Of a stretch of DNA of 64,000 nt, positions 1 through 13,910 are shown piece by piece; position 1 is the first letter of the stretch, and each line of letters starts with the position of its first letter. The position numbers were made by a program, and so were the translations under genes. The notes below the pieces were generated by a model that was given only the letters and a program-made list of their open reading frames with translations, did not search any database and was not told the origin of the DNA. Location: assembly GCF_963921235.1 (NCBI RefSeq), contig NC_086097.1, positions 110,796,001-110,860,000 on the forward strand, given 5' to 3'. The DNA comes from Mobula hypostoma. Lineage: Eukaryota.

Positions 1-339
1 TGCTAATCATTAATTGAATATGTCACAAGAACATTAGCAGACAGAAGACCATTCAGCCCATTGTAACTGTGCCACCAGTCACCAAGATCATCCCTCAATT
101 CCCTTAACATCTAAACATTTATTGAAACTTTCTCAAATATATACAGATTCGGTGATTTTCATACAAATTACATGGTACAAGAGCACTTTGCAAACTCTCA
201 CCTTTCTTTCCCTTTGGTCTGTCATGTAACAGCATGGTTGAAAAATAATTGTTTTTAAGATGTCATGGTGGTACAGGGTCTGAGATCTTAACCACCCCAA
301 TTCTCAGGTCATGTTTCAGTTGTTGGAATCGTTTGTTAG

Positions 340-3090
340 GCAGCACTTAGAGAACTCTGTGCACTTCTGGTCACCACACTACGTGATTAAGCTAGAGAGG
401 GTGCAGAAGAAATTCTCAAGAACATTATTGGAACTAGACAGAAATGATTTACAGGAACGTTGCCTGAACTGGAGGCTCTGAGTTACAAGGAGAACCCAAA
501 CAGGCTGGTACGGTTTTTCTTGGAGTAATAAAAGCTGAGAGGTGACCTTGAAGAGGTTATAACATTTTGAGGGGCACAGACGGTGAAGATGATCACAATT
601 CTTTTTTTCTCCCCAGGGCAAGGAAATCTAAAAGCAATGGTTTAAAGGAGAGAAGGAAACAATTTAAAATGACCTGAGAGACAAGCTTTTCACAATGGTA
701 GTTATGTACATGGAAAGAGCTGCCAGAGGAAGTGGCAGAGGTGGTACATTTACAAAGTATAATAGACATTTAGAGAGGTTCATGGAAAGATTCAGAATGA
801 TAAAGGACCAAATGCAGGCAATTGGGATGAACTCAAGAAGAAACCTTGGCTGTTGTGGAAGAATGGGCTGAGGGGCCTTTAGTTCATGCTGTACAACTCT
901 ATCACTCTGATGTACATTGTCAGAGAGGACTACAGCATAGACATAGACCCTTCAGCCCTGATGGTCAATGCCATCCAAACTAGTATTTGACCATGTGCAG
1001 CCAATAACTTTTGAAACCTTTCCTATCCACGGAGCTGTTCAACTGTCCTTTAAAAGTTTTTTTCAAAGTTGTTGTTGTACCTACCTCAACCATTTCCTCT
1101 GGCAACTCAGTCAGAATCAAAATGAAAATCAGGTTTAATATTGCCAGTGTATATTGCGAAATGTGTTGTTATGCAGCAATAGCACATTGCAACAAATAAA
1201 AACTGCGAATTACAGTAAATATATCATAGTTAAATTAAGTATTAGTCAAAAAGTACTAGTAGAGTGTTAGTGTTTATGAGTTCAATGTCTATTCAGAAAT
1301 CTGATGGCAGTGGGAAAAAAGTTGCTCCTTCTCGAGAGAAAAATTACCTTTCAAGTTCCTATTAATCTTTCCCCTCTCAACTTAACCCTCCCTCGAGTTC
1401 TAGATTCACTGACCTGGGGAGGAAGGACCGGGTGCATTCACCCAATCTGTGCCATCACAGTTCTCTGCTTTAAAAACTTTATCTGCTGCAACTGTGCTCA
1501 TTCTACCAGCTTGTTTACTTCCTCGTGTAATCTGTCACCATCTTCATTGTAATTTAAAATTCTGACAAGTTTGGTGTACGTTTAGAAATTGCAGCTTGCA
1601 CTCATAATTCTAATACGTTAACAAAACTAATAGCCTGACACTGGTCCCTGCAGAACACTATGATACATTTTACTGCAGCCAGGCAAACAACTATTCACCG
1701 TGGCAAACAAGAGAAAATCTGCAGCTGCTGGAAATCCAAAGCAAAACACACAAAGTGCTGGAGGAACTTAGCGGGCCAGGCAGCATCTATGGAAAAGAGC
1801 AAACAGTCAACATTTCAGACCGAAACCCCTCATGTGTCTATTCACCATGTTTACTGCTTTATTTCCTTGTCAAAGTCCCATTTTATGTCATGTGCCTCCT
1901 CCTTGCTGATAAGCCTTTTACATGGCTCCTTTATCAAAAGCCTTCTGGAAATCCCTGCATATCCACTATATTATCCATATCAATTCCCCAGTGTTTTCCT
2001 TAATCCTGCTCTGATCCGATGTTTCTATAAATTTCCCATAACCAAGATTAAACTGTTTGCACAGGGGTTGCCGGGCTTGTTGAACAACACTTGCCACTCT
2101 CCAGTCATCTAGATCCATTTTTGATTCTAAAGATTTGGAAGTTTATGGGAGTGCCCACATGAACCCGCTCCCTCATTTTCGTCAGTACCCCAGGATGTTG
2201 GTGACATGCTTCAATAGCTGTTGTATAGTTGGATTTCCAGCAGCTTTTGATAAGGTACCGCATAAAAGACTTATCCATTAGGTAAGGATGCACAAGGTAA
2301 GTTGAGGATAATGTATTAGCATGGTTAGAGGATTGGCTAATCAATTAAAGGCAGTGAGTTGGGATAAATGGGTGTCTCTCTGGTCGGCAATCAGTGGTAA
2401 GCAGAGTGCCACAGGGGTCGGTGCTGGCCCACAACTGTTCACAACATACATTTGTAAGAGAGAACAGAGTGTACATGGTAGTGTAATGGTTAGCATATCG
2501 CTTTACAGTCAGGCAATCTGAGTTCAATTCCCGCCGCTGCCTGTAAGAAGTTTGTACATTCTCCACATAACCACGTGCGTTTCCTCCGGGTGCTCCGGTT
2601 TCCTCCCACAGTTCAAAGGTGTACTGGTTGGTAAGTTAATTGGTCATTGTAAATTGTCCTGTCAGTAGGCTCGGATTAAATCGGGGGATTGCAGGGCAGT
2701 GCAGTTCAAAGCCCCAAAGGGGTCTATCCCACACCGTATCTTGTTAAGTAAATAAAACTAAAGCATAATTAAGTTAGCTGATAACACTAAATTAAGTGGA
2801 AAAGCAAATTGTACAGCAATTGCAGAGAAGTAGCAGAGATATAGCTAGGTTAAGTGATATAGATAGTACAACATTGACAAATGTGAGATCATCCACAACA
2901 GAAGATTAGATTATTGTTTAAATGGTGGCTACCTCATTAAATATATTTAAGGCACAGTTAGATAGATCTTTGCGTAACTGGGGTATTAAGGATTATAGGG
3001 GAAAAGGGAGGTAGGTGGAGCTGCTTTCACTGAATGGTGCAGCAGACTCGACGTGTCAGCTGGCCTACTCCCGCTTCTATTTCTGACATT
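340..3090. mobile_element. Cluster of old CR1 fragments in both orientations, with Rex-type, PLE and SINE insertions
   Basis: Degenerate CR1 3' motifs at 340-905 (+), 925-1460 (-), 1830-2040 (-) and 2215-3090 (+). Confidence 0.6.
2470..2755 (+). mobile_element. tRNA-derived V-SINE; other copies at 7497-7760 (-), 16430-16690 (-), 24675-24950 (-) and 60055-60310 (+)
   Basis: A box GGTAGTGTAATGG, B box GAGTTCAATTCC, and V-domain TTTCCTCCGGGTGCTCCGGTTTCCTCCCAC. Confidence 0.85.
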
Positions 3091-4204
3091 CTGTCAACTT
3101 TCCTGATACGTCCATGGGGTCAACTGTTAAGGTATCTAGTGTGTCAACTATTTCATTTACCAGTTAGGCCAGTTTTTATGTTGGCAAGTGGTCTCATGCA
3201 GGACCGTAAAAAAGGAAACAGTGGTGGAATCACTCTGCTCGTATCAAAGTGGCAGAGAGCAAGGAATAACCCGAGGTTTGGATGATTTAAGTGGCAGGCC
3301 AGATTGAAATTGGTGGGTTTGGAGTTGATAAACGGGCTGGTTTGGCTCGCTGCCCTGCGGGCTTTGCTCCTAGGTGCTGGACTGAGGCTATGGCCTGCAA
3401 CTAGTGGGCTTCCAGATGGGCTGCAGTGATGCCTGGCATTGTCAACTTCAGTCCTGAACACTGTCTGCTTGCTTTTATTGTATGCACGATTTGTTTTTCT
3501 CTCCCTTTGCATGGTCTTCTTTTGTTTTCAATGGGTTCTATTGGGGTTCTTTGTTTTGTGGCTGCCTGTAAGGAGATAAAATCTCAAGGTTGTATAACGT
3601 ATACATACTTTGATAATAAATGTACTTTGAACTTTTAACTTTGAACTTTGAACATCAGTAGAACTTCCTTTTCAGTCATCTGTGAGGAATTCAGAACACT
3701 TTGAAAATACTTTAAGATATATTGCCAGCTTCTGCTTTCACTTAATTGTTGGCGAATATTACCTCTGCCTTTTCCACTGCAGTTCTGGGCAAATATTTAT
3801 AAGAACCCACGATCTTCATTGCCATTTGCAATATGAGAGATTCTAGAATGAGGGTTTAGCTTTGGCAGTGAGTGGGCTGTTGAGATGTAGGCAGCCCACT
3901 GATTGGCAAGTAAGAAATTATTCTGCTGCTCAGGACACCTTTTGACCAGAAACCAACAGTAAATAGTTTCTTAACTACTGGGAACATTCTGCTTCTGAAA
4001 TTAGGTACAACACTTTTGCTGCTGGAGTAGAATTCTACAATTGATTCAGAAACAAAGTTGAATTCCACCGCAGTATCTGGGGAATTTAGATTCAAGTAAT
4101 TAATTAATTTGGACTTTTTAAAATGAAAAGATAGTTTCAGATACTGGTAACCACTGGACTGTCATACAACGCACCATGTTCCACTATGTCAAACAGCAAA
4201 GAAA

Positions 4205-5212
4205 ATCTTAAACACATGAGATTCTGCAGATGCTGTATATCAAGACCAACAAACACAAAATGCTGGAGGAACTCAATCAGGTCAGGCAACATCTATAGAA
4301 ATGAACCAACAGTCGAAGTTTCAGGCCAAGACTCTTCCTCAGGACAAGAAAGGAAGGTGAAAGAAGCCAGAATAAGGTGTGGGGGAGGGGGGGTCAACAG
4401 GAGTACAAGCTGAAAAAGGAGGAATCTGATAGGAAAGGAAAGTTGACCATGAGAGAAAGGGAAGGAAGATGAGCAACAGGGGCAGTGATGGGGGGGAGAG
4501 AGGAGGAGAGAGGGGGAAGGGGGGAAAGGGGGAAGGGGGAAGGGGAGGGGGAGGGGAAGGAGGAAGGGGAAGGAGGAAAGAGGAAGGGAGGGGGAAAGAA
4601 GAGGGGGAAAGAAGAGGGGGAAAGAAGAGGGGAGGGGGAAGAAGAGGGGAGGGGGAAGAAGAGGGGAGGGGAAAGGTAAAGAAGAGGGAAGGGGAAGGGG
4701 AAAAGAAGAGGGAAGAGGGAAGGGGAGGGGGGAAGGGGGAAGGGGGAAGGAGGATGGGGAAAGAGGAAGGAGGAAGGAGGAAGGGAGGGAGAAGGAAGGG
4801 GGAAAGAAGAGGGGAGGGGAGGGGAAAAGAGGGGAGGGGGAAGGGGGAAAGAAGAGGGGAGGGGAAAAGAGGGGAGGGGAGGGGAAAAGAGGGGAGGGGG
4901 AAGGGGAAAAGAAGGAAGGAGAAGGGAAAAGAAGAGGGAAGGGGGAAGGAGGAAGGGGAAGGGGGAAGGGGGAAGGGAGGGGGAAAGAAGAGGGGGAAAG
5001 AAGAGGGGGAAAGAAGAAGGGAGGGGGAAGGGGAAAAGAAGAAGGGGGGGAAGGGGAAAAGAAGAGGGGAGGAGGAAGGGGAAAAGAAGAGAGAAGGGGA
5101 AGGGGAAAGATGAGGGAAGAGGGAAGGGGAAAAGAAGAGGGAAGAGGGAAGGGGAAAAGAGGGAAGAGGGAAGGGGGAAGGGGAAAATTATTGGAAATTA
5201 GAGATGTTCTGG
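4205..5212 (-). mobile_element. PLE 3' fragment with a greatly expanded purine tract
   Basis: Terminal module at 4210-4345. PLE sequence resumes after the GA tract (GGTGGAGGCTACCAAGACAGAAAATGAGGTG). Confidence 0.7.
4485..5187. repeat. About 700 bp of near-pure G/A low-complexity sequence
   Basis: Almost only G and A, with irregular GGGGAA/GAAGA units. Confidence 0.95.
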
Positions 5213-6013
5213 TGGAGGCTACCAAGACAGAAAATGAGGTGCTTCTCCTCCAGAAAATATGTCATCCTTTACCTAGACTGAGCTACATACACTTCCAAAA
5301 TTGTTGACTCCCAATTCAGTTGAGGGGAACTTATGGATGGACAATAAATACCAGAATTTTGTGTTTTGCAGATCAGGCCCATAACTACAGTAAGCAGTTG
5401 GCAGAAATTCTACAAATGAAAACAAGATAGTATATAATCGCATTATATTAGCTCTAAAATTTCCTGCTCAATCTTTTTATTTCCTGTGAGGTCAAAACTC
5501 TAATGGAAACAGTTTATGGCAGAGAGTGAAGTTGGCTAGTCCGTAGTATAATGGAAATAGGGAAGGGGAATCGACGGTATGAATGCAGATTGAGCACAAT
5601 GGCAGACCAGTGAGTAACTAGTGACAGACAAGCTTTCAGGGCAGCATTAGAAGTCTGGCTCAGTGGAAGAACACAGCAGGACAGATGGCCTTAATCAGAG
5701 CAACAAGAAATCCAATTGCTCCTCACACCAAAACTGAAAATGAGAGATTAAAAAATGAAATTAAAAGCCAAGCATCATCTTTGCAGTCCAGAGGCCTAGA
5801 GTATAGAAAGGCCTTCGGCCACCATGGACTTGCTGACTCTTGTTTACCTACACTGATCCTATTTGTCCGCATCAGATGAGTGTCAGTCCCATTCAAAACT
5901 CTCTTAAACTAAGATATCCCATTTGATTCACTTTGTTTCAGCTATCAACCACTTTGTGTATTAAAAATAACTTCCCCATCACATCATCATTCCTTCCATT
6001 CTGCTAAAACCTA

Positions 6014-6235
6014 TGTTGGAAATATTTGAGATATCTTGTATATATATACAGGTTGATTAAGCATTCTTGTTCATTTAAATAATTCAGTGCAGGTAATATG
6101 CATAAATACGTGAATTGTATACGTCATCATGCTAACACATGATACGTGCACACCTCACTTAAAGTAAACTCAAAGTTACACCACATTTCGGACTCCCAAT
6201 TTTTCCTTTGAATGTGTTGGTTTGAAAACACAACA
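6014..6235. mobile_element. Possible short solo LTR
   Basis: TGTTG...CAACA termini with a TATATATA box and AGTAAA; no TSD seen. Confidence 0.35.
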
Positions 6236-7894
6236 TCTTCCTGTTTCTGACAGGTGGGAGGCTTTCACAGCAGAGCAGCATGCAGTGTACTGCACGGGGC
6301 CTCCCAAATCTAAACACATACACTACCTCAGACTTACAGGGTAGAGACTAGAATCGTGAAAGGTGGAGCAGCCATCTTGAGACACATCAATAGTTTTTAA
6401 TAGTGATTACCATATCAAAGACAGAGGCAGGGGTCTGAGAAAACAGAAATGGACTGATGATTTGAGGGTCAAGGATTAGAGCGCAAGGACTTGGAAGTGG
6501 AAAATAAGTGAATTCATAGACGAAGATTGTGCAGTTGCTAGTAATCTTGAGACAGATAGAGACACACACACACACTCACACTCTCTGCCGGAGGGGAAAA
6601 TGCAGTTGACATTTAGGACTGCGACCCTTCCTCACAGCTCCTGAGTCCTGATGAAGGGTCTCGGCCTGAAGCGTCAACTGTCTTGTCCCCATCCATAGAC
6701 GCTGCCTGACCAGCTGAGTTCCTCCAGCATTTTGTGCGATTTCACAGACAGCCCCTTTCACTTCCAGACACAAGCAACTGGTTGGGGGAAATGAGTTATG
6801 GATGCAAAACACTGTCCTATATGCTACAGCTACTAACTTAAAAAGCCTTGAATTCAGCCTCACTTGACACTTGAATAGTTAATACGGATTCAAGCTTAAA
6901 TCAGTACTGGGTGAGTCCTAATCTACTGTCAGGTTAAACCAAGTCATCCCTGTTCTGTCCTGTCCTCTTGCGTGGACGCAGTATTGCTTGAAGTAAAGCA
7001 AGTCATTGAACAAAGTATATCTTCACAGGATCCAAGGGAGAATTACAGATTAGATCTAAAATAGGTGCTGGATGAAAATAAAGGGTATTGTGAGTGCAGT
7101 TCCACAGGTTTCAGTGAGAGGGCCTTAGTTTTTGTAATTGAATTTTATCATAGAAAAATGCAGCATGGAAAGAGACCATGTGGCTCACACGGTCTGCACT
7201 GACCATTACCCACCCCTGGGTGGATCTCTGGCACTTCAAGTCTACGTACAGCACAACCAGCTGTACCAGCACTCACAAGCCCATAAGAAGGATTACAGTC
7301 TGAAACGTCCACCATAGATGCTATGACTTGCTGAGATCGTCTAACCTTTTGTGTGTGTTGATCAACATCTGCAGAATCTTGTGTCTGTATCACCACAGCT
7401 ATAACATCTGGACAAGCCATGGCCTAGAATCTTCTGTTTGTATCACCGCAGCTATGCCATCTGGACAAGGCATGGCCTAGAAGGATATGGGATATCTTAT
7501 TTATTTAGAGATAAGGTACAACAGGCCTTTCTGGACCAATGAGCCACACTGGCCAGCAACCCACCTATTTAACCCTAGGGCAATTTACAATGACCAAACA
7601 CCCTACTAGCCCCCACGTCTTTGAACTGTGGGAGGAAACTGGAGCAGGCGGAGCAAACCCACGCACTCACGGGAAGGACGTACAAACTTCTTACAGAGGA
7701 TACCAGAATTGAACGCCGAACTCCAATGCCCCACGCTATCACAGCATTGCACTATTGTGACAGGCTAAATATACGGTGCTGGTAAATGAGATGCGTTTAG
7801 ATGAGTAATAATGAGACATGGTGCGCCAAAGCAAGGTTTCAGTGCATGACCTTATGACTTGGCTGGTCTGTCAGAAAAATAGTAAATGGAATTT

Positions 7895-8385
7895 AAAGCA
7901 ACACACAATTTGCTGAACGAACTCAGCAGGCCAGGCAGTATCTATGGAGAGGAATAAACAGTTGATGTTTCAGGCCAAGAACTTTCTTCGGGACTGGAAA
8001 GGAAGGGGGAAAATACCAGAATAAAAACATGCGGGGAGGGGAAGGAGGACAAGCTAGAAGGTGGATGGTGATAGGTGAAGCCAGATGGGTGGGGGGGGGG
8101 GTGGATGAGGCAAAAAGCTGGGAGGTGATGGGTGGTAAAGGTAAAAAAGGCTGGGGAAGAAGGAATCTGATAGGAAAGGAGAGTGGACCATGGGAGAAAG
8201 GGAAGGAGGGACACCAGGGGGAGGTGATAGGCAGGTGAGGAGAAGAGGTAAGAGGCCAGAGTAGCGAATAGAAGAGGGAAGGAGAAATCAATACCATCAG
8301 GTTGGAGGCTAGCTGGATGTAAAATGAACCAACACACCTAAAATGCTGGAGGAACTCAGCAGGTCAGGCAGCATCTATGGTAATG
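7895..8385 (-). mobile_element. PLE 3' fragment with a second partial terminal module
   Basis: ASLQPDGIDF...SSPEESSWPETSTVYS; AACTCAGCAGG..AGGCAGCATCTATGG occurs twice. Confidence 0.7.
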
Positions 8386-8504
8386 AATCTGTGAGGTAAT
8401 GCTGTTGAGGTGTTGCAAAAAGGTAAGGAGCTAAGTAAGTGATTAGGAGAATATTGAGTGCTGAGAAGGAACAGAAGGGCCATTAGAATTTGTTTACTAA
8501 TTTT

Positions 8505-9473
8505 AAAGGCAGTAACATAAGCACTGGGGCTCCACAGGGGACTGTCTTGCCTCCCTTTCTCTTCACCATTTACACCTCGGACTTCAACTACTGCACAGAG
8601 TCTTGTTATCTTCAGAAGTTTTCGAATGACTCTGCCATAGTTGGATGCATCAGCAAGGGAGATGAGGCTGAGTACAGGGCTACGGTAGGAAACTTTGTCA
8701 CATGGTGTGAGCAGAATTATCTGCAGCTTAATGTGAAAAAGACTAAGGAGCTGGTGGTAGACCTGAGGAGGGCTAAGGCACCGGTGACCCCTGTTTCCAT
8801 CCAGGGGGGTCAGTGTGGACATGGTGGAGGATTACAAATACCTGGGGATTCAAATTGACAATAAACTGGACTGGTCAAAGAACACTGAGGCTGTCTACAA
8901 GAAGGGTCAGAGCCGTCCCTATTTCCTGAGGAGACTGAGGTCCTTTAACATCTGTCGGACGATGCTGAGGATGTTCTATGAGTCTGTGGTGGCCAGTGCT
9001 ATCATGTTTGCTGTTGTGCTGGGGCAGCAGGCTGAGGGTAGCAGACACCAACAGAATCAACAAACTCATTCATAAGGCCAGTGATGTTGTGGGGATGGAA
9101 CTGGACTCTCTGACGGTGGTGTCTGAAAAGAAGATGCTGTCCAAGTTGCATGCCATCTTGGACAATGTCTCCCATCCACTACATAATGGACTGGTTGGGC
9201 ACAGGAGTATATTCAGCCAGAGACTCATTCCACCGAGATGCAACACAGAGCATCATAGGAAGTCATTCCTGCCTGTGGCCATCAAACTTTACAACTCCTC
9301 CCTTGGAGGGTCAGACACCCTGAGCCAATAGGCTGGTCCTGGACTTATTTCCTGGCATAATTTACATATTACTATTTAATTATTTATGGTTTTATTACTA
9401 TTTAATTATTTATGGTGCAACTGTAACGAAAACAAATTTCCCTCGGGATCAATAAAGTATGACTATGACTATG
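8505..9473 (+). mobile_element. Rex1/Babar LINE 3' fragment, young
   Basis: TGAPQGTVLPPFLFTIYT, LQKFSNDS, LNVKKTKELVVD, YKYLG and KSFLPVAIKLYN; AATAAA plus a (CTATGA)n tail. Confidence 0.9.
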
Positions 9474-9904
9474 AATCATTAAAATAATGAGAAATGCACA
9501 TGATACATTCCATTCTTAAAATATGTTAGATTATTGGGTATAGATTTGGTCATCTTAGCACAGGAAAGATGTGATTATATTGAGAACATGCTGAAGAAAG
9601 TTTTCAAGGATACCTGCCCGAAACAACTTCAGCGGTGAGAAAAGAGTGAATCAACAGTGGAGACACAAGAGAATACAGAGATTGGAATCTGAAGTATTGG
9701 AGACTCAGCACGACAAGGGGGAGTGGGGGTGAACACTTGACATTTCATGCCAAACTTCTACATCAGGGCAAAGGATGGAGAGGAAGATTATGAAAAGAAA
9801 GTGAAAGTGGTACAGCTAGGTGGGCGATGGATGCAGAGACCCGTATCAAACTAAAACAATACTTGTGTGCGTGCTCAAGTGGAGAGGACACTCAGAAGTC
9901 TACG

Positions 9905-10630
9905 GTGGAAAGGGACTTGTGAGTCTTGTGCAGGATTCCCTAAAGATCAACTTGCAGGTTGAGTCGGTGGTGAGGAAGGCAAATGCAATGTTAGCATTCA
10001 TTTTAAGAGGACTAGAACGTAAAAGCAAGGATGTAATGTTGAGGCTTTATAAGGCACTGACGAAGCCTCACTTGGAGTACTGTGAGTAGTTTGGGCCCCT
10101 TATCCGTGGATGTGCTGACATTAGAGAGGGTTCAAAGCAGATACACCAAAATGATTCCAGAATTGAAAGGCTTGTCATGAGGAGCGTTTGATGTCTCTGG
10201 GCCTGTACTCGCTGAAATTCAGAAGAACAAGGGAGGATCTCATTGAAACTTATCGAATGTTAAAATGCCTTGATAGAGTAGACGTGGAGAGGATGCCTCC
10301 TATGGAGGGAGAGTCTAAGACCAGAGGACACAGCCTCAGAACAGAGCAATGTCCATTTAGAAGGGATATGAGGAGGAATTTCCTTAGCCAGAGAGTGGTG
10401 AATCTGTGGAATTCATTGCCACAGGTGGCTATCGGGGCCAAGTTATTGGGTATATTTAAAGCAGAGGTTGATAGGTTCTCGATTAGTCAGGTCATGAAGG
10501 GGTATGGGGAGAAGGGAGAAGACTAAAGCTAAGAAGGAAATGGATCAGCCATGATGAGATGGCAGGAGCTGACTCGATGGGCCAAATGGCCTAATTCTGC
10601 TCCTATATCAGATGGTGTTATGGACTTAAC
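9905..10630 (+). mobile_element. CR1 LINE 3' fragment
   Basis: KANAMLAFI, KPHLEYC and FLSQRVVNLWNSLP. Confidence 0.9.
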
Positions 10631-11034
10631 CAGCTAGGGCCTTCAACTGGTCAAGAAAGTGGGATTAGGCTGGGTATCACTTTCTTGACTGGGAATGTCA
10701 CAATGGGTTAGATGGCTGCCATCTCAATATAGAAGACAAAACACTACAGCACAGGAACTGGCCCTTGTGCCGAGTATGATACTGATTTGATCTGCAAATC
10801 GACCTGCACCTGCTCCACGTCCCATCATTTACTATCTATTCAAGCACTGTAGTGTGCTATGTTCCACATTCAGATGTCAAATGCCTCTTTGAAATTGCTA
10901 TCAGATCTGCCTCCACCTACCTCCCCTGACAAAGCATTCCACGCGCTGTGTAAAAACAAAGACCTACCCCAAAACATCTCCATTAAACTTTTCCCCCTCA
11001 CCTTAAATGCATACCTTCTAGTATCAGACATTTT

Positions 11035-11960
11035 CATACACACAAGAGATTCTGCAGATGCTGAAAATCCTAAGCAACACAAAATGCTGGAGGAACTCAG
11101 CAAGTCAGGCAGCATCCATGGAGGGGAATAGAGAGAAATGGAGAACAAATCTAATAGGAGAGGACAGTGGACCATGGAAGAGAGACCAGAGGGAGGTGAT
11201 GAGCAAGTGAAAAGAGAAGGGAGGGAGAGGGGAACCAGAATGGGGAATGGAAAAAACGAGGGATGCAGGAGAAATTACCTCCAGTTAGAGAAATCAATGT
11301 TCATGCCATCAGGTTGGTAGGATACCCAGAAGCTGTCACCCCTCCACCGTTGCAGTAGAGGTGGCCATGGAGAGACATGTCAGAATGGGAATGGGAAGCT
11401 GAACTGAAATAGGTAGCCATTGGGTGATCTGCCTTTACGGCAAGCAGGACGGAGGTGTTCAACCAAGCAGTCACCCAATCTGCATTGGGTCTCATCGATG
11501 TAGAGGAAGTCACACCAGGAGCATCGTATACAACAGATGACCCCAGCAGACTCACAAGAGAAGTGCCACCTCACCTGTAGGGACTGTTTGGGGCCCTGGT
11601 GCTGAGAGAAAAGGTGTAGCGGCAGGTGTAGCACCTGTCACAATTGCAGGGTTAAATGCCAGGAGGGAGATCAGTAAGGAGGGTCGAGCAGACAAGGGAG
11701 TCACAGAGTATGATCTCTTTCGAAAGTTGAGAGTAGGGGGAAGAAGTTATGAGATTAGTGGAAGGATCCCATTGCAGACGACAGAAATTGCGGAGAATGG
11801 TGTGCTGAATACAGAAGCTCACGGGATAATAAGGACAAAAAAGATCTCTATCCCCTTTATGGCAGTGGGAGTATGGGTTGAGGGCAGGTGTGTGGGAAAT
11901 GGAGGATATGCAGCTGAGGGCAGTATCAATAGTGGTGGACAGAAAACCCACTCTTTGACA
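11035..11960 (-). mobile_element. Penelope-like element fragment inserted in a minus-strand CR1 fragment (10735-11035 / 11960-12140)
   Basis: GIY-YIG-like CSWCDFLYIDETQCRLGDCLVEHLR and MATYFSSASHSHS, plus the terminal module at 11035-11130. Confidence 0.8.
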
Positions 11961-12364
11961 TTTCCATTCCGGGACCACCTCTGTCTCTCATAATTTATAT
12001 ACATAAATCAGGTCACCCTTCAGCCTGTTACCGCAGAGAAAGCAACCCAAATTTGTCCAAGCTCTCCTTGCAATAGTCTCTAATTCAGGAAACATCTTGG
12101 TGAACCTCTTTCTATAATCTCTCCAAAGTCTGCATTATTATTTTCTCTAATCCTATAAACCTATCCAACAACTCAAAAAAGACTAGTTATTCTAAAATTG
12201 TACATATGAATAGTTGACACACAAAAATAATTAAGTTCAGGATTCTTTCAAAATATTTTGTCCCAAATAAAGCATTAGTATCAGGATTTTAAAACTATTG
12301 TGGGTTCAAGTATCCTCCCAACTCATGCAGCCACACAGGTTCAGCAACTGAATCCTTAGAACAG

Positions 12365-13910
12365 AATGCAGAGTTTAATGAGTCTTATTCCAGCTGGAGG
12401 TCCAGGAATACTGGTATTCAGCAGAGATTTATATTGGAACCCTAGCTATTTCTGAAATATGAAGGTGGATTACAAAGTTTGCAGATGGCACAAAGACTGA
12501 TGGTGTTGTGGATATTGCAGCGGTTTGCCGAAGGATACATTAGGATATAGATCAGTTGCCAATACGGGCAGAGAGATGGCAGATGGAGTTTAAACCGGCC
12601 AAATGTAAAGTGTTGCACATTGGGATATCAAATGTAAAGAGACAGTACACTGTTAATAGCAAGACCCATAACTGTGTTGATGTGTAGAGGGATCTTGAGG
12701 TCCAAGTTCACAGCTCCCCGAAAGTGGTAAAGAAGGCACCATATGGCATCTTTGCCTTTATTAGTTAATGCACTGAGGTCAAGAGTCAGGAAGTTATGCT
12801 GCAGATTTACAAAACTCTGGTTCGGCTGCATCTAGAGGATAGCATTCAGCTTCAATCACCCCATCGTAGGAAGGATGTGGAGTCTACAGCAAGGGTGCAG
12901 AAGAGATTTACCAAGATGTTGCCTGTATTAAAGAGCATGTGCTACAAGAAGAGGTTAGCCAAAGGAGTGGCCAAGGCTGAGGGGAGATTTGACAAGATTA
13001 TAAAATTATCGACGATATAGTCACAGTCACAGAAAAATACAGCACAAAAACAGGTCTTTCAGCCCATCTATTTCATGCTGAACCATTTAAACTGACTTCT
13101 CCCATTGACCTGCATCAGGACCATAGCCCTCCATATGCTTACCATCCGTTTACCCATCCAAACTTCTCTTAAACATTGAAATCGAGCTCTCATGCAGCTC
13201 ATTCCACACTCTCACCACCCTCTAAGTGAAGTTCCCCCTCATCTTCCTCTTAAACTTTTCACCTTTCACACAAACACATGACATCTAGTTGTAGTTCCAC
13301 CCAACCTCAGTGGAAAAAGCCATTTACTGTATCTATACCCCTCATAATTTTGTATACCTCTATCAAATCTCCCCTCCACCTTCTACGTTCCAAGGAATAA
13401 AGTCCTCACCTATTCAATATTTCCTTATAACTCAAGTCCTTCAGACCCGAGAACATACTTGTAAATCTTCTCCATACTCTTTCAACCTTATTTATATCTT
13501 TACTGTAGGTAGGTGAACAAAACTGCACACGATACTCCAAATTAGGAGTATTATACAAAGTCATAGACAGAGTAAACAGCCAGTACCTTTGTCCTCAGGG
13601 TTGAAATGTATATTGCTAGAAGGAATGCATTCAAGGTGAGGGGAGGAAGTTCAAAAGTGATGTAGGGGGCACTATTCTTTTTTTTAAATACACAGCAGAG
13701 AGTGGTGGCAATGTGCTGCTAACTAGATGGTGCAGGCAAATACAAGAAAGGTATTTAAGAGGCTCGTAGATGGGTTCAAGGACATGCCCAGAATGGAGGG
13801 ACATGGACAATGTTCAGGTAGAAAGGATTAAGGGTCATTATCTTAATTAGTTTGGCACAACATTGTGGCAGAAGGTGCTGTTCCTGAGCTGTATTGTTCG
13901 ATGTTCTACG
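12365..13910 (+). mobile_element. CR1 fragment interrupted by an antisense CR1 3' end (13020-13550)
   Basis: KFADGTK and YKTLVRLHLE on the + strand; a reverse CR1 tail AGTCACAGTCACAG at ~13020. Confidence 0.8.

Noticed and set aside
2470..2545. tRNA gene
   Set aside because: The A/B boxes continue into a V-SINE body, and no complete cloverleaf is evident.
4293..5225. 310-aa Pro/Ser/Phe ORF and 214-aa Gly/Glu/Arg/Lys ORF
   Set aside because: Artefacts of a stop-free GA low-complexity tract.
5371..5388. Plus-strand 18-nt micro-exon (TTTTGCAG...GTAAGC)
   Set aside because: No supporting plus-strand gene; such matches are expected by chance.
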